From a virus (taxonomy: Duplodnaviria > Caudoviricetes), in IMG/VR virus record IMGVR_UViG_3300036805_000167, positions 74,778 to 138,777 of that record: 64,000 nucleotides of DNA, one strand, 5' to 3'. Every line of letters starts with the position of its first letter. Position 1 is the stretch's first letter. The notes under the pieces were generated by a model. That model had not been told where the DNA came from. It was given only the letters and a program-made list of their open reading frames with translations, and searched no databases. Both the position numbers and the translations under genes were made by a program. Positions 28,401-37,240 of this stretch are shown one piece after another.

Positions 28401-29976
28401 AGGTCACTACGTTGGTGAACCCCTGCGCCACACCCACCAGGCTCGTGGCGATGTCGTTCAGCGGCGCCTTGAGGCTCGAGATCAGCGGCTTGAGCTGCTG
28501 GAAGACCGGGGTGAGCTCCTTCTTGAAGGTGTCACTGATCGACTTCTTGAGATCGTCGATCGTCGGCTTGAGCGTCTTCGCGGCAGCCTTGATGCCGTCC
28601 ATGCCGAGCTTGACGACGGCGAACCCTGCAGCGGCGTTGGCGGCGAGACCGGGCAGGATGCCCAGCGCCGAGCCGAGCGCTCCGAGCGCCGGCCCGGCAA
28701 GCCCGGCAACGACGGGGATGAGGAGCTGCATCTTGGTGCTCATCCCGGCAACTCCGCTGGCCGCCCCTTCGGCGCCCTTAGCTGCACCGTCGCTGGCGGT
28801 CTCAACGTCGCCGAGCGCCTTGCCGAACAGGCCGCCGCTGTCCGAGGAGCTGGTGAACGCCGACTTGAGCTTGCCGAGGATGCCGACGTGCTTGGTTTCC
28901 TTCTCGCTGGTCGACTCATGAGCGTCACCGAGGACCTTCTCGGCCTCCGCGGCGACCTTGGTCTCGGTAGACGAGCCCCGCCGGGAGGTTCTGACCTTCT
29001 CCTCGGTGGTGGCGACGCGGCTGGCGGCGGCCTCGGAAGCGGTGCGCGCTTTCCCGAGGTTGGTCTCGTCCTTCTCCAGCTGGGCGTCGGCGATGCTGGA
29101 GAACTTGCGGGCGTTGGTGACGTCCCGCTCAGCGGCTTCGATCTTCGAGGCGGTGGCGCCCTCGTTGTTGCGCAGCGTGTTGAGGTTCTCTTCGCGCGCG
29201 CGGAGCTCGTCCGCGGCGTCTCCGGCCGTGGCGCGGGACTCGGCGACCCGCTCTTCGAGCGCAGCCACCTTGTCAGTGGCGACCAGCATCGACTGGCGAG
29301 CCTTGCTGAGTTCATCCTCCAGCTTGGAGTCGTTCGCCGTTGCCGTCTCAGCCGAGGTTCGCGCCTTGTCCAGTGCGGTCTCAGCGGCGGCAGCGGTGGA
29401 AGTTGCCTGCGCACCATCGGCACGGCTCTTCGCGACGGCGTTCTCGGACTGCTCGAGGTTGGTCGCCTCAGTGGCAGCCTTCGCGGCTGACGTGGCGATG
29501 CCGTCGAAGCCGCTCTTCGCGCGGTCTGAGTCGGCGCCGAGCTTCCCCACGGCGGTGGAGGCCTTGGTGGTCGCAGCGGTGATCTGGTCCCACCGCGTCT
29601 TCTCGTCGGTCTGATCCTTCTTGAGCTTGTCGATCGCCGGCTGCCAGACGGCCTTGAGCTTGTCGCGCAGCTTGGTCTGCTCGGTGGTCTGCTTGATCCG
29701 CGACTTCTCGGCATTCTGTGAGATGTCGTCAAACAGCCCCTGCTCATCGGCCTTGAGCTTGGAGAAGTCGTCCTGCCCCGAGGAACCGAAGCGGTCCATC
29801 GCCTCGCGCATCTTGGCCTCGGCGTTGCTGGTGTCGACGTCGACCGATATATGGATCGTCTTGTCGAGCCCAGCGGTCGCTTCCTCGATCGCGCTCTCTA
29901 GCTCGCCACGAAGCTCGGCGGCGAAGCCGGATGTGTCAGGCGTGATGCGCACGCTAGCTTCATCGATTACCGCCAC
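25441..29976 (-). CDS. Tape measure protein
   Basis: 1511 aa, Ala/Gln-rich helical; ASVRITPDTSGF start; FPSSPAKEGPLSG motif. Confidence 0.93.
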   Translation of the reverse strand: MAVIDEASVRITPDTSGFAAELRGELESAIEEATAGLDKTIHISVDVDTSNAEAKMREAMDRFGSSGQDDFSKLKADEQGLFDDISQNAEKSRIKQTTEQTKLRDKLKAVWQPAIDKLKKDQTDEKTRWDQITAATTKASTAVGKLGADSDRAKSGFDGIATSAAKAATEATNLEQSENAVAKSRADGAQATSTAAAAETALDKARTSAETATANDSKLEDELSKARQSMLVATDKVAALEERVAESRATAGDAADELRAREENLNTLRNNEGATASKIEAAERDVTNARKFSSIADAQLEKDETNLGKARTASEAAASRVATTEEKVRTSRRGSSTETKVAAEAEKVLGDAHESTSEKETKHVGILGKLKSAFTSSSDSGGLFGKALGDVETASDGAAKGAEGAASGVAGMSTKMQLLIPVVAGLAGPALGALGSALGILPGLAANAAAGFAVVKLGMDGIKAAAKTLKPTIDDLKKSISDTFKKELTPVFQQLKPLISSLKAPLNDIATSLVGVAQGFTNVVTSARGTQQINTILQGTKSFIDALTPAIGSITDAFLQLAALAQPALKQLADVISQFSAQFDDIINRSGPQIQQAFTGLVQVVQSLLGVFNQLTAMGIQLGAALNGQLASAITAIGNAAMSLTPTLQGLGSIFLNLVTVLANVVQAISPVTNAISGALASALQTAMPAITSLAQAIGGALQSAMTALQPVIDAVATLLGDGLSAAASGLTPIVQALGNVFTALGPILGLLVPVLTTIAQLLQALVPLGQLVAAAINSIAGVLNGLVAGFAYVTDAIGLTSGAFDKFQNAARSSFSDAGQNMSNFSDQSDQALNGFNKYLQTGVVQPMNALPGQVGTSMGGINNSIATGLGTAGQTAKAQANSIVNGVVVPISTIPGLTQAQFDQLPPQVQQTLGQASTNGGQGAKQLQQAIKGPISEIPGMSQAEFNKLAPDIQKSLLTAKGVAVPGAQGIVDGVKVPISTMPGLTQAQFSQLPKIIQTQLAQASANANSGAQAIPDNVKGPMSQVQGITQDAFAGLPKTVQDQLLATQNAAHAGAAPIPGQIGIDLKPTGSQVVQHLGPAVPAAQQTMEQVRAAAVGGVQPVPGQVGGIFNQVPGAVKPPLDQAAAAAQAGGKAIHDNTTQPVAPAPAAVGAALDPTSGAVSGALDPAVAAAQQGGTNIGNALTQPIGPAVAAFGTSMSQVATSAQTGFASANTAAAGFSSAMQASMAGASAAVTGAQTAVTAALVAIAAAFTTNMTAATNTVRQALQAIVQNFTQATTQMVQIVTQTWQKIVQAFDQGGQQAVQSAQRTATQAVAAINAQDGAMYNAGQTLIQRLTAGMIAAGAQATAAAARIAASIKAQFPSSPAKEGPLSGKGDPLISGGKIVQRLADGMSKSQGYLVRSLSPIMNIAAQMLDRPGFLPSNAHVTAIRPRTNTAKITSTTVRDVGSTAQPGGPAAAQSASGPDHDAIVSAVAVGIQQGISEAMKPISATGLARVVATGQKDLVRR

Positions 29977-30023
29977 TTCACACCCCCGTTGCTCCAGGTC
30001 AGAGGGGGTGATACTTTGTAGGC

Positions 30024-30839
30024 ATGGCTGCCACCGCTACCTACAAGGACCCCCGCCTGTCGAGCTCGCTCTGGAGCCACGTACGCCGAAGCACCAACGG
30101 CTGCTGGCACTGGACTGGAGCCATCGACGAGCGCACCGGCTACGGGATCACCTGGAACCCCATCAACGGCTCGACGATGCCGGCGCACAGGCGCTTCTAC
30201 GCCGCGCTCGTCAAACCCCTGATGCCACGAGGACGGCCGGGGTACCTGGAGGTCGACCACGAGTGCCATAACCGCAGCAAGGGATGCAAGGGCGGCCCGA
30301 CCTGCAAGCACCGCCGCTGCGTAAACCCAGCCCATCTGGCCGCCAAAACGTCGCGGGAGAACTCCGGCGCTTCGCGGCATACGCCCGCGAGCATCAATCG
30401 GGCCAAGACCCACTGCGACCGCGGCCACCCTCTGTCCGGCAACAACGTCCGCTACTACTACGGCAAGCGCTGCTGCTACGAGTGCCACCTGGCGACCACG
30501 AACGAGGCACGTCGTCAGCGCCTGGCTGCCGCGCGGCCCGAGGGATGGGCCAAGGTCGAGCGCGGCACGAAACTGACGCGCTGTCCGCAGGGCCATCCCT
30601 ACGACGGGGACAACCTCTACATCACTGCTGCTGGTACGCGGCAGTGCAAGACGTGCCGGAGCGCCGCAGCTGCGCGACATCGAGAAAAGTCCATCAAGGG
30701 CACCGTCCCTCGCGGGCAGCGCGCCGACTGGACGCACTGCAAGCACGGGCACGAACTGACCGGGGACAACCTCTACGTCGCGCCAAGCTCCGGCAAGCGG
30801 AGCTGCAAGACGTGTCGTCGCGCGTCCGCGCGCAAGTAA
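30024..30839 (+). CDS. Free-standing HNH endonuclease with three Zn-ribbon repeats
   Basis: GCWHWTG..GYG..AHR..EVDHECHNR..CVNPAHL, then three T.C..GH...N....R.C..C repeats; TACTTT lies 6 nt before the ATG. Confidence 0.9.
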   Translation: MAATATYKDPRLSSSLWSHVRRSTNGCWHWTGAIDERTGYGITWNPINGSTMPAHRRFYAALVKPLMPRGRPGYLEVDHECHNRSKGCKGGPTCKHRRCVNPAHLAAKTSRENSGASRHTPASINRAKTHCDRGHPLSGNNVRYYYGKRCCYECHLATTNEARRQRLAAARPEGWAKVERGTKLTRCPQGHPYDGDNLYITAAGTRQCKTCRSAAAARHREKSIKGTVPRGQRADWTHCKHGHELTGDNLYVAPSSGKRSCKTCRRASARK

Positions 30840-30841
30840 CA

Positions 30842-31200
30842 TCAGGCGTCCTCGCCGATGCCGGGGGCAGCGCCCATGTTCGGGTCCCCCCCGAACATCG
30901 ACATCATCGCGGCCTGGCCGCGCTGGGCCTTCTCACTGGCTCCCCATTCCTCGGGCGTGGGCTGGCCGTCAGTAGAGGCCGAACGCAGCGTGTCCCAGAG
31001 CTCCTCGAGGTGGTCCAGTCGGTCGCGGTCGAGCGTCATCGCCATGTCCGTATAGACCGACCAGGCCACGTCGAACCACACCCCGATGTCCTCGCTGCCG
31101 TCGAGGTGAGGTGCGTCGCGTGCGATCCGGCCAGCCATCCAGGCTCCTAACGCCGTTTCTGAGCCCGCGAGCGCGGCGAGCCGCTGGACAGCTCGGTAGG
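30842..31200 (-). CDS. Tail assembly chaperone, frameshifted (GT) extension
   Basis: The -1 frame PYRAVQRL... overlaps the TAC end and runs to 30842. Confidence 0.65.
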
Positions 31201-31740
31201 GCGGGCAGCAGCAGCCGACACGACGACGTCGACCAACTCCTCGAGCGCGGACTGCTCCACAGCCAGGTACATGGAATCCATGACGTAGATGAAGCGGCGC
31301 AGGCTGGAGCCGTTCTCGTCGGCGTAGCTGTGCGCGAGCGACTCGGAGGGGAAGACCGAGTCGCCGATCTTCCACTGCACCGGGAGGTTGTTGTCGTCAT
31401 CGTCGCCGACCACGACCAGCTCGCCGGCCTTCACCTCAGCTTCGGGGTCGTCTTTCTCGGCCGGGACGACCTGGCGAGGCTGCTCCTGCAGCGGCACGCC
31501 GTCGTCGTCGACGAAGGCGCGCATCAGGAAGTTGCGCAGCCCAGTGAGGCGCTTGCCGGGGCTGGCGTCCTCCGCGGACAGGGCGAACACCGACGAGGTG
31601 TCCATCTGGGCGCGGACGGTGAGATTCCAGAGCTCCTCGACCTCTCCGCGATACACGGCGAGTGAGAACGTCTCACGCTTGGCTTGAGAGCGGCGGCGCC
31701 CGATGACACGGGGCTCGCTCGAGGTGGTGGTGGCGGACAT
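31147..31740 (-). CDS. Tail assembly chaperone (G)
   Basis: Upstream of the TMP; ends ARPTELSSGS. Confidence 0.7.
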   Translation of the reverse strand: MSATTTSSEPRVIGRRRSQAKRETFSLAVYRGEVEELWNLTVRAQMDTSSVFALSAEDASPGKRLTGLRNFLMRAFVDDDGVPLQEQPRQVVPAEKDDPEAEVKAGELVVVGDDDDNNLPVQWKIGDSVFPSESLAHSYADENGSSLRRFIYVMDSMYLAVEQSALEELVDVVVSAAAARPTELSSGSPRSRAQKRR

Positions 31741-31799
31741 GCACCCCATGCTCGTCGGATGCGAGGTATGCGGGTCGGCTGCAGCGCCCCACGTAGCCG

Positions 31800-32219
31800 C
31801 TAGTCCGCAGCCGCGCGCAGCGACTCCTGCACGAACGGGTTGCGCTTAGTCCCCGGGTGCGAGACCTTCCGGAACGCCACGTTGGCGCCGACCTTCTCCC
31901 AGAAGAACCGCAACATGCCGTTGCCCCTGGCCCGAATCTCATGCGGCGACGTGCCGTAAATCTGGTACCCGAGCTGCGGGGTGAGACCCGCCTGCCCCGC
32001 GGTGATGTCGACGCTGTCCCCGGCGCTCTCCACGCGGATAGTGCCGATCAGGGTGCCGGTCTTCACGCCGACGTGGGCGCGCTGGTAGGCCGCCACGTTG
32101 TCCGCTCGACGGTGCAGGTCCTGCTGGACGCCCGGAGAGCGTTTGAGCGCCTCGATCTCAGCGCTGTTGATGTTCTGGCTGCCCGGCTTGAGCGAGAGCT
32201 TGACGTCGATACTGGGCAC
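31800..32219 (-). CDS. HK97 gp10-like neck/tail-completion protein
   Basis: VKTGTL..I, YGTSPHEIR, VSHPGTKRNPF. Confidence 0.8.
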   Translation of the reverse strand: MPSIDVKLSLKPGSQNINSAEIEALKRSPGVQQDLHRRADNVAAYQRAHVGVKTGTLIGTIRVESAGDSVDITAGQAGLTPQLGYQIYGTSPHEIRARGNGMLRFFWEKVGANVAFRKVSHPGTKRNPFVQESLRAAAD

Positions 32220-32731
32220 TACTGCACCGGTCCGATCGTCAGCTGCACGGCGTGCCCGGCGAGGCCGCCCAGCGGTCCGATCACCTCGACATCACCGATG
32301 ACCACCTGCGGGTTGGTGTCGATCCCGGGCGGGCTAGCAGCGGCACCTTGCCACGCGAACAGCGCAGTGATCAACCGTCCTGGGTCGGCCATGAGCCGCA
32401 GGCCGTCGTCGTTGAGCGCCGAGGCCGTCGGCACGTACCCGCGGCTGTCGACCACCGACACGCAGCGCATCAGCCGCAACTTGAAGTCGGCGCGCGGCAC
32501 ATGCATCGAGCGGGCCCCGTGGGAAGGGGTGCCGGTCTGATTGAGGCTGCGCGGAGTGACCCCGGAGTGCATCGCCGAGAGCGCCACCGCGAGGTGCTCG
32601 TCGTCAGCGGCGAGGATGCTCGGCGATCCAGCAGCGATATAGCGCCGCTCGGGCAGGTCCCAACCCTGCTCGGCGAAGTACCCCTCGACGAAGCTCAGCA
32701 TGCGCTGAGCAACCGCCGCGACGTCAATCAC
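32219..32731 (-). CDS. Tail terminator-like protein
   Basis: Position; RC and GPLGGLAG motifs. Confidence 0.6.
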   Translation of the reverse strand: MIDVAAVAQRMLSFVEGYFAEQGWDLPERRYIAAGSPSILAADDEHLAVALSAMHSGVTPRSLNQTGTPSHGARSMHVPRADFKLRLMRCVSVVDSRGYVPTASALNDDGLRLMADPGRLITALFAWQGAAASPPGIDTNPQVVIGDVEVIGPLGGLAGHAVQLTIGPVQ

Positions 32732-32976
32732 GCGCCGGCGCCCTGCGCGGTCTCGACACGCTCGATGAGCTCCTCACGGGTGCCGCTGGTCGAGAGACCG
32801 CGCTGGCGAGCGAGATCCTGCAGCTCAGCCTTCTGCATCCGGACGAGCTGGCCGCGGGGGTACACCGACACCTCGATCGCCGGCTCCGGGGCCTCGACGG
32901 ACTCCTCGCGCTGGGCGCGCGACTCCCCGGAGGGGGCGTCGTCGTACTTGCCGTCAAAAGGATCGTGGGCGCTCAT
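32728..32976 (-). CDS. Small SAP-domain protein
   Basis: MQKAELQDLARQRGLSTSGTREELIERV. Confidence 0.75.
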   Translation of the reverse strand: MSAHDPFDGKYDDAPSGESRAQREESVEAPEPAIEVSVYPRGQLVRMQKAELQDLARQRGLSTSGTREELIERVETAQGAGA

Positions 32977-33680
32977 GTGGTTGTCCTCCGGATGCGGGCC
33001 GCGTCGGGCGACCAGGCGCTGGCTCGCCGCGTGAACATGTGCGGGTTGACGCTGGAAAGCCAGGCGTCGATGTCCCAGATACCGGTCCGCCAACCCTGCA
33101 GGGTGGAGACCAGGCCGATAGTAATGCCTTCACGGGTGATGTTCTCAATGCGTGAAGGCAGGTTGCAGCGCCCACCGGTCCAGCTCTTGCCGAGCTCTAG
33201 GGCCAACTGCACCGCGGCGCGCTTACCACCGATGGGCGGTGCGATGCCGTGGTTGTAGACGATGGTGGTGCCGGTGTGCCACGGGTGGCCGTCTTCGCGG
33301 TAGACGATCCCCGAGGGGAGCTCGGCGACGTAGGGGACGTCAATACCATCCCGGGTCACCGAAGTGACCGCAGTGACTGGCGCGTCAGGGAGCTTGGCCA
33401 CCACCCGCCCCCTGACGCGCCAGCAGCCCTGGAAGAACCAGGGGTCCCCCCAGTAGTGCCAGTACGGCCATGCGTCGGGCTGGCGCTCGCCGGGGGGATG
33501 TTCGAGGACGACGGTCGACTCAGCGCTGCCGCTGTACTGCTTGCCCGACCAGAGGTAGAGCATCTCGGAGGCCTGGGTCAGTAGGTCCGTCCAAGTGTCG
33601 TCGTCCAGGCTTGGCTTCGATTCCGGCAGGTCGGCGAGGGTGGCCCACGGAGCGTTGATCATGCTCGTTGTCTGGGCCAC
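32973..33680 (-). CDS. Head-to-tail adaptor
   Basis: ASEMLYLWSG, CNLPSRI..ITREG, TGIWDIDAWL..VNP. Confidence 0.8.
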   Translation of the reverse strand: MAQTTSMINAPWATLADLPESKPSLDDDTWTDLLTQASEMLYLWSGKQYSGSAESTVVLEHPPGERQPDAWPYWHYWGDPWFFQGCWRVRGRVVAKLPDAPVTAVTSVTRDGIDVPYVAELPSGIVYREDGHPWHTGTTIVYNHGIAPPIGGKRAAVQLALELGKSWTGGRCNLPSRIENITREGITIGLVSTLQGWRTGIWDIDAWLSSVNPHMFTRRASAWSPDAARIRRTTT

Positions 33681-33724
33681 CCCACACCTCCTCTGTCGTC
33701 ACCAACCGCCATCGACCAAGTGGC

Positions 33725-34402
33725 TCAGGGACCGACGGTGGTGACGGCCGCGTAGCCGTACTCGTAGTCGGGCAGCGTGGTCTCCTGAATCCACTGGCAC
33801 ACGCGGCTCGTGATCGGGAAGGTCGACAGGTCACCGTTCGGCCCGTCCCCGAAGAACGAGTTCTCCTGCGCGATGCCCTCGAGACCGGTGTCGAAGGCGT
33901 TAGTGCCATCGAGGTTCTGGTCCTTGGTGAACTGCAGGTACACCTTCGGCATGAGCCAGTGGAAGTAGCCGACCACGGAGCCCTGCTGAATCTGCGAGGA
34001 CCACAGCTCCATCGCGACGCCGCCCGGCTTGGGGTCGACGCCGACTGGCGGGAAGGCGTAACCGATCGGCGCCGGGTCGGTGGTGACGTCGTCGGGGTCG
34101 GTGAACACGACGCCGCCGGCGAGGTACTCGATGGCCTGGGGGTCCGGGTAGCAGAAGTTGATGTTCCCGATATCCATGCGGAGCATGGTCTGCGGCGGCG
34201 AGTACGTGGTGCAGATGCGCCCGGCACCGTTGACGATCGAGACGTCATCCTGCTTGTTGTAGGCCGCGGTGAACGAGACCGAGATCATCGCGTCGGACCA
34301 GAAGATGTTCTGCGGCCCGACGATCGGGGCACCGAAGTTGTCGATCCTGGTGAACTTGGCCAGGACCGCCTGCAGCATCCCGGACTTGTTGTACGTAGCC
34401 AT
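33725..34402 (-). CDS. Major tail protein
   Basis: NGAGRIC, CYPDP, GVAMELWS, FGDGP; position. Confidence 0.8.
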   Translation of the reverse strand: MATYNKSGMLQAVLAKFTRIDNFGAPIVGPQNIFWSDAMISVSFTAAYNKQDDVSIVNGAGRICTTYSPPQTMLRMDIGNINFCYPDPQAIEYLAGGVVFTDPDDVTTDPAPIGYAFPPVGVDPKPGGVAMELWSSQIQQGSVVGYFHWLMPKVYLQFTKDQNLDGTNAFDTGLEGIAQENSFFGDGPNGDLSTFPITSRVCQWIQETTLPDYEYGYAAVTTVGP

Positions 34403-34426
34403 TCTTTCTCGTTCCTCCGGGATGGG

Positions 34427-35305
34427 TCAGGTAGCGCTGACGGTGCAGCCGACGAGCGACTGCGGGTCGAACATCAACATGGCGGCGCGTTCCGCCCACA
34501 CGGCGACACGGTTGGTTTCGTGGTCGACCACCCACGAGTCCTTGTCGTAGACCACTGGCTCGTCGAGCCAGTACTGCACCGGGCCGGTGCCGTAGACGGT
34601 CATCTCCTCGCTGTCGTCACTGAGCTCCGGCGGGTAGCCGGCGTCAGCGACCACGATCGACCCCAGCGGGGTGCGGATCAGGTCACCTTCGTCGCGCAGC
34701 GTCAGCAGCGACATGAGATGAACGCTGGGGATGTGCAGGTAAACCGGGCCACCGGCGATCCGGTCTTCGACCTCAGCCTCGACCAGGCCGATGGCCTCCT
34801 CGATGGTCGTCGCCCCGGTGGCCAGCGCCGATCCCGCCCCGGTCAGATAGGGGTTGACGTAAGGCCCCTCGTCAGCGGTCCCCAGGTCGGGCCGGGGGTT
34901 GGCCAGCGTCACCTGCCCGGTGGGCAGGCTCCACGGGTCGAGCGCGGACGCTTCGCCGGTCCACAGTTCGTGGGCCAGCGCGGTGGACGTGATCGCACGC
35001 AGGTTGCGCTCCGCGCGGTCGCGCATCACCGAGATCGGCCCACGCGGGCAGTGGGTGACCGTCTGGATGACGAACGGCCGGGTGGCGACGGGACTGAACT
35101 CGGTCTCGTCGCCGTACTCGGCTGCCACGTCGTCTGCGGTGCAGTCCTGCACCACCCGCCAGTAGGGGGAGGACTCGGGCCAGTGGATGAGCCCCTTGCG
35201 CCAGTCCACCCCCTCGGCGGTGCCGGGCATCGCCGAGGTCAGCAGCGCACCCTTGGTGCGCGGCTGTGGCCTCGGCGCGGGGACGTGCCCCAGCATCAGT
35301 TCCAT
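34427..35305 (-). CDS. Capsid-associated (minor capsid) protein
   Basis: Follows the MCP; TPLGSIVVADAGY, VYGTGPV, WAER. Confidence 0.65.
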   Translation of the reverse strand: MELMLGHVPAPRPQPRTKGALLTSAMPGTAEGVDWRKGLIHWPESSPYWRVVQDCTADDVAAEYGDETEFSPVATRPFVIQTVTHCPRGPISVMRDRAERNLRAITSTALAHELWTGEASALDPWSLPTGQVTLANPRPDLGTADEGPYVNPYLTGAGSALATGATTIEEAIGLVEAEVEDRIAGGPVYLHIPSVHLMSLLTLRDEGDLIRTPLGSIVVADAGYPPELSDDSEEMTVYGTGPVQYWLDEPVVYDKDSWVVDHETNRVAVWAERAAMLMFDPQSLVGCTVSAT

Positions 35306-35316
35306 CGGTCAGCGCC

Positions 35317-37089
35317 TCAGGCCGTAATCGTGGTCGGGTTGATCGTCCCGGACATGGCGCCGTTCGGCGTGACCGAAGCGACCAGGCGCAGTGCCTCGAC
35401 GCCGCGGGCAGCGATGCCCTCGAAGGACTCCGAGAACTGCCGGTAGCGGTTCCGGCGGACGAGCTGGGCGTCGCGGACGATGCCCAGGTCGAGAACGCCG
35501 CCGTCGAGGTGCTGGAAGTGCCCCTCGGGGTGGAGCAGGATGTCGACCTTGGTGGGGTAGTCCGGCACGGCCGTACCTGCAGCCTGCTGCAGGTACTGCT
35601 GCGCGGGGACGTCATCGGTCGTGGAGCCCGAAGTCCCCATGGTGTCGGCAGCCGGGTTGCCGTCGAGGTGCCACACCGGAATGATGTTGCGGCTGGCGAA
35701 GAACCCGTCGATCTGCGCGTCGGTGACGTTCAGCGACGAGAAGCTGTCGTCGTTGAACTGCCGCGCGAGGTCCGAGCGGATCATGGCCTTGGCCCAGAAC
35801 GGCAGGATCGCGCGCAGCGGCATGTTGCTCGACAGGCGGTGCACCGACCGGTAGTAGGTCTGGGCCTTGTCGAAGGTGACCAGCAGGTCGCGGGTCGCGC
35901 CGAGGATCGTCCCGGAGGTCATAACCTTCGACTTGGCCTGCAGCTGCGCGAGCAGGTGGTTCTCGCAGATGCGGTCGTGCCAGACCAGGGCTGCCTCGGT
36001 GTTGGCCTGCAGCGTCTCCGGGTCGAAGCGCGAAGAGATGTTCGCGAACTCGACCTGGAAGGTGATGGTCTCGACCTGGGCGGTCTCGGTCGGGGGGCAG
36101 TCAACAACCCACAGCGCCTTGAGCGGGCCGGGGGTGGCCGCTCCCGCCTCGTAGTTGGCGGGGTCCTCGGCGTCGACGTCGTTCTGCATCGACCAGAACC
36201 CGGTCGCCGACATGGGGCCGTCGGTGGCAGCGTTGATCATCGGCGAGAGGTCGCGGCGGAACTGGATGCCGCCACGCTCCACCTGGAAGCCGGGGAGCGA
36301 GTCGCGGATCGGGCGGCCCTGGGTGCCCCAGACGCCGTAGTTGTAGTCGATCGCGAGCGGCGCGCAGAGGCCGCCGGCGGCGGTGATCGCCTGCTGCGAA
36401 GTGACCCGGTGGATCTTGTTGGTGTTGACCTCGACGCTGTCGCCGGCCTTGAGGACGCGGTCCTCCGGGACGTCGTTGGCGTTGATCGAAGCAACGACAA
36501 CCGACTCGCCGTCGCCGGACTGGCCGGAGTTGGCGACCGAACGCAGCCGCGACTGGAGCGCCTTGCCGATCTGGGAGACTTCGAGCTGCTGTCCGGCGTA
36601 GAAGCCGTGGACATCGGCAGCGGCGGTGATGCTCATAGCCGGCTTGCCTGCGGGCGCCTTCGGGGCGGCCTTGGTGACCTCGCCCATCTTCGGCGCCTTC
36701 GGGGTGGCGGATGCGGCAACCAGCTCGGGCTCAGACTCGGACACCGGCTCCTCGGCCTTCTCTTCGGCCTCCGGGGTCGCCTCGGGCTCCTCCTGCTCCG
36801 CGACCGGCTCGGTCTCGGGCTCCTGCGGCTCGTCGGTCAGCGAAGCCAGCTCGTCGGCGGCGGCGTAGTCGGCCTCGCGCTTTTCGGCGCGAGCACCGAC
36901 CTCACCGTTGAGCGAGGTGAACGCGTCCTTGAGGCCAGCCAGCTCGCCGAGCTCGTCGCTCGACAGCGATCGGTCGGCGATCTTCGGGCGGAGCTCGGCG
37001 ATGCGAGCCTTCGCCTCCGAGTGCGTAGCGTGCAGCGTGTCGTCGTCCACCTCGGTCAGGCGGTTCACGACCTCGTCGTACTTGCCCAT
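35317..37089 (-). CDS. Major capsid protein with N-terminal scaffold-like region
   Basis: Acidic coiled-coil N-terminus; AAGGLCAP...Y, LPGFQVERGGI, LDLGIVRD..L...N.Y..FSESFE. Confidence 0.88.
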   Translation of the reverse strand: MGKYDEVVNRLTEVDDDTLHATHSEAKARIAELRPKIADRSLSSDELGELAGLKDAFTSLNGEVGARAEKREADYAAADELASLTDEPQEPETEPVAEQEEPEATPEAEEKAEEPVSESEPELVAASATPKAPKMGEVTKAAPKAPAGKPAMSITAAADVHGFYAGQQLEVSQIGKALQSRLRSVANSGQSGDGESVVVASINANDVPEDRVLKAGDSVEVNTNKIHRVTSQQAITAAGGLCAPLAIDYNYGVWGTQGRPIRDSLPGFQVERGGIQFRRDLSPMINAATDGPMSATGFWSMQNDVDAEDPANYEAGAATPGPLKALWVVDCPPTETAQVETITFQVEFANISSRFDPETLQANTEAALVWHDRICENHLLAQLQAKSKVMTSGTILGATRDLLVTFDKAQTYYRSVHRLSSNMPLRAILPFWAKAMIRSDLARQFNDDSFSSLNVTDAQIDGFFASRNIIPVWHLDGNPAADTMGTSGSTTDDVPAQQYLQQAAGTAVPDYPTKVDILLHPEGHFQHLDGGVLDLGIVRDAQLVRRNRYRQFSESFEGIAARGVEALRLVASVTPNGAMSGTINPTTITA

Positions 37090-37240
37090 GAGGCCGAGGC
37101 CCCTTCCTGTGTCGTACCGGTGCCTCGGCGCTGGGCGCCATGTTCGGCGGACTGGGAACGACGCTCCACTAGGCAGCTCGTCGTTCACTTGCTGGTGACG
37201 CTAGGCAACCGAGTTGCCCGGGCGTCCCAGTTGCGTGGGG

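Noticed and set aside
29967-30842. 291-aa minus-strand ORF spanning the gap between TAC and TMP
   Set aside because: Codon-aligned antisense shadow of the HNH gene, with no motif.
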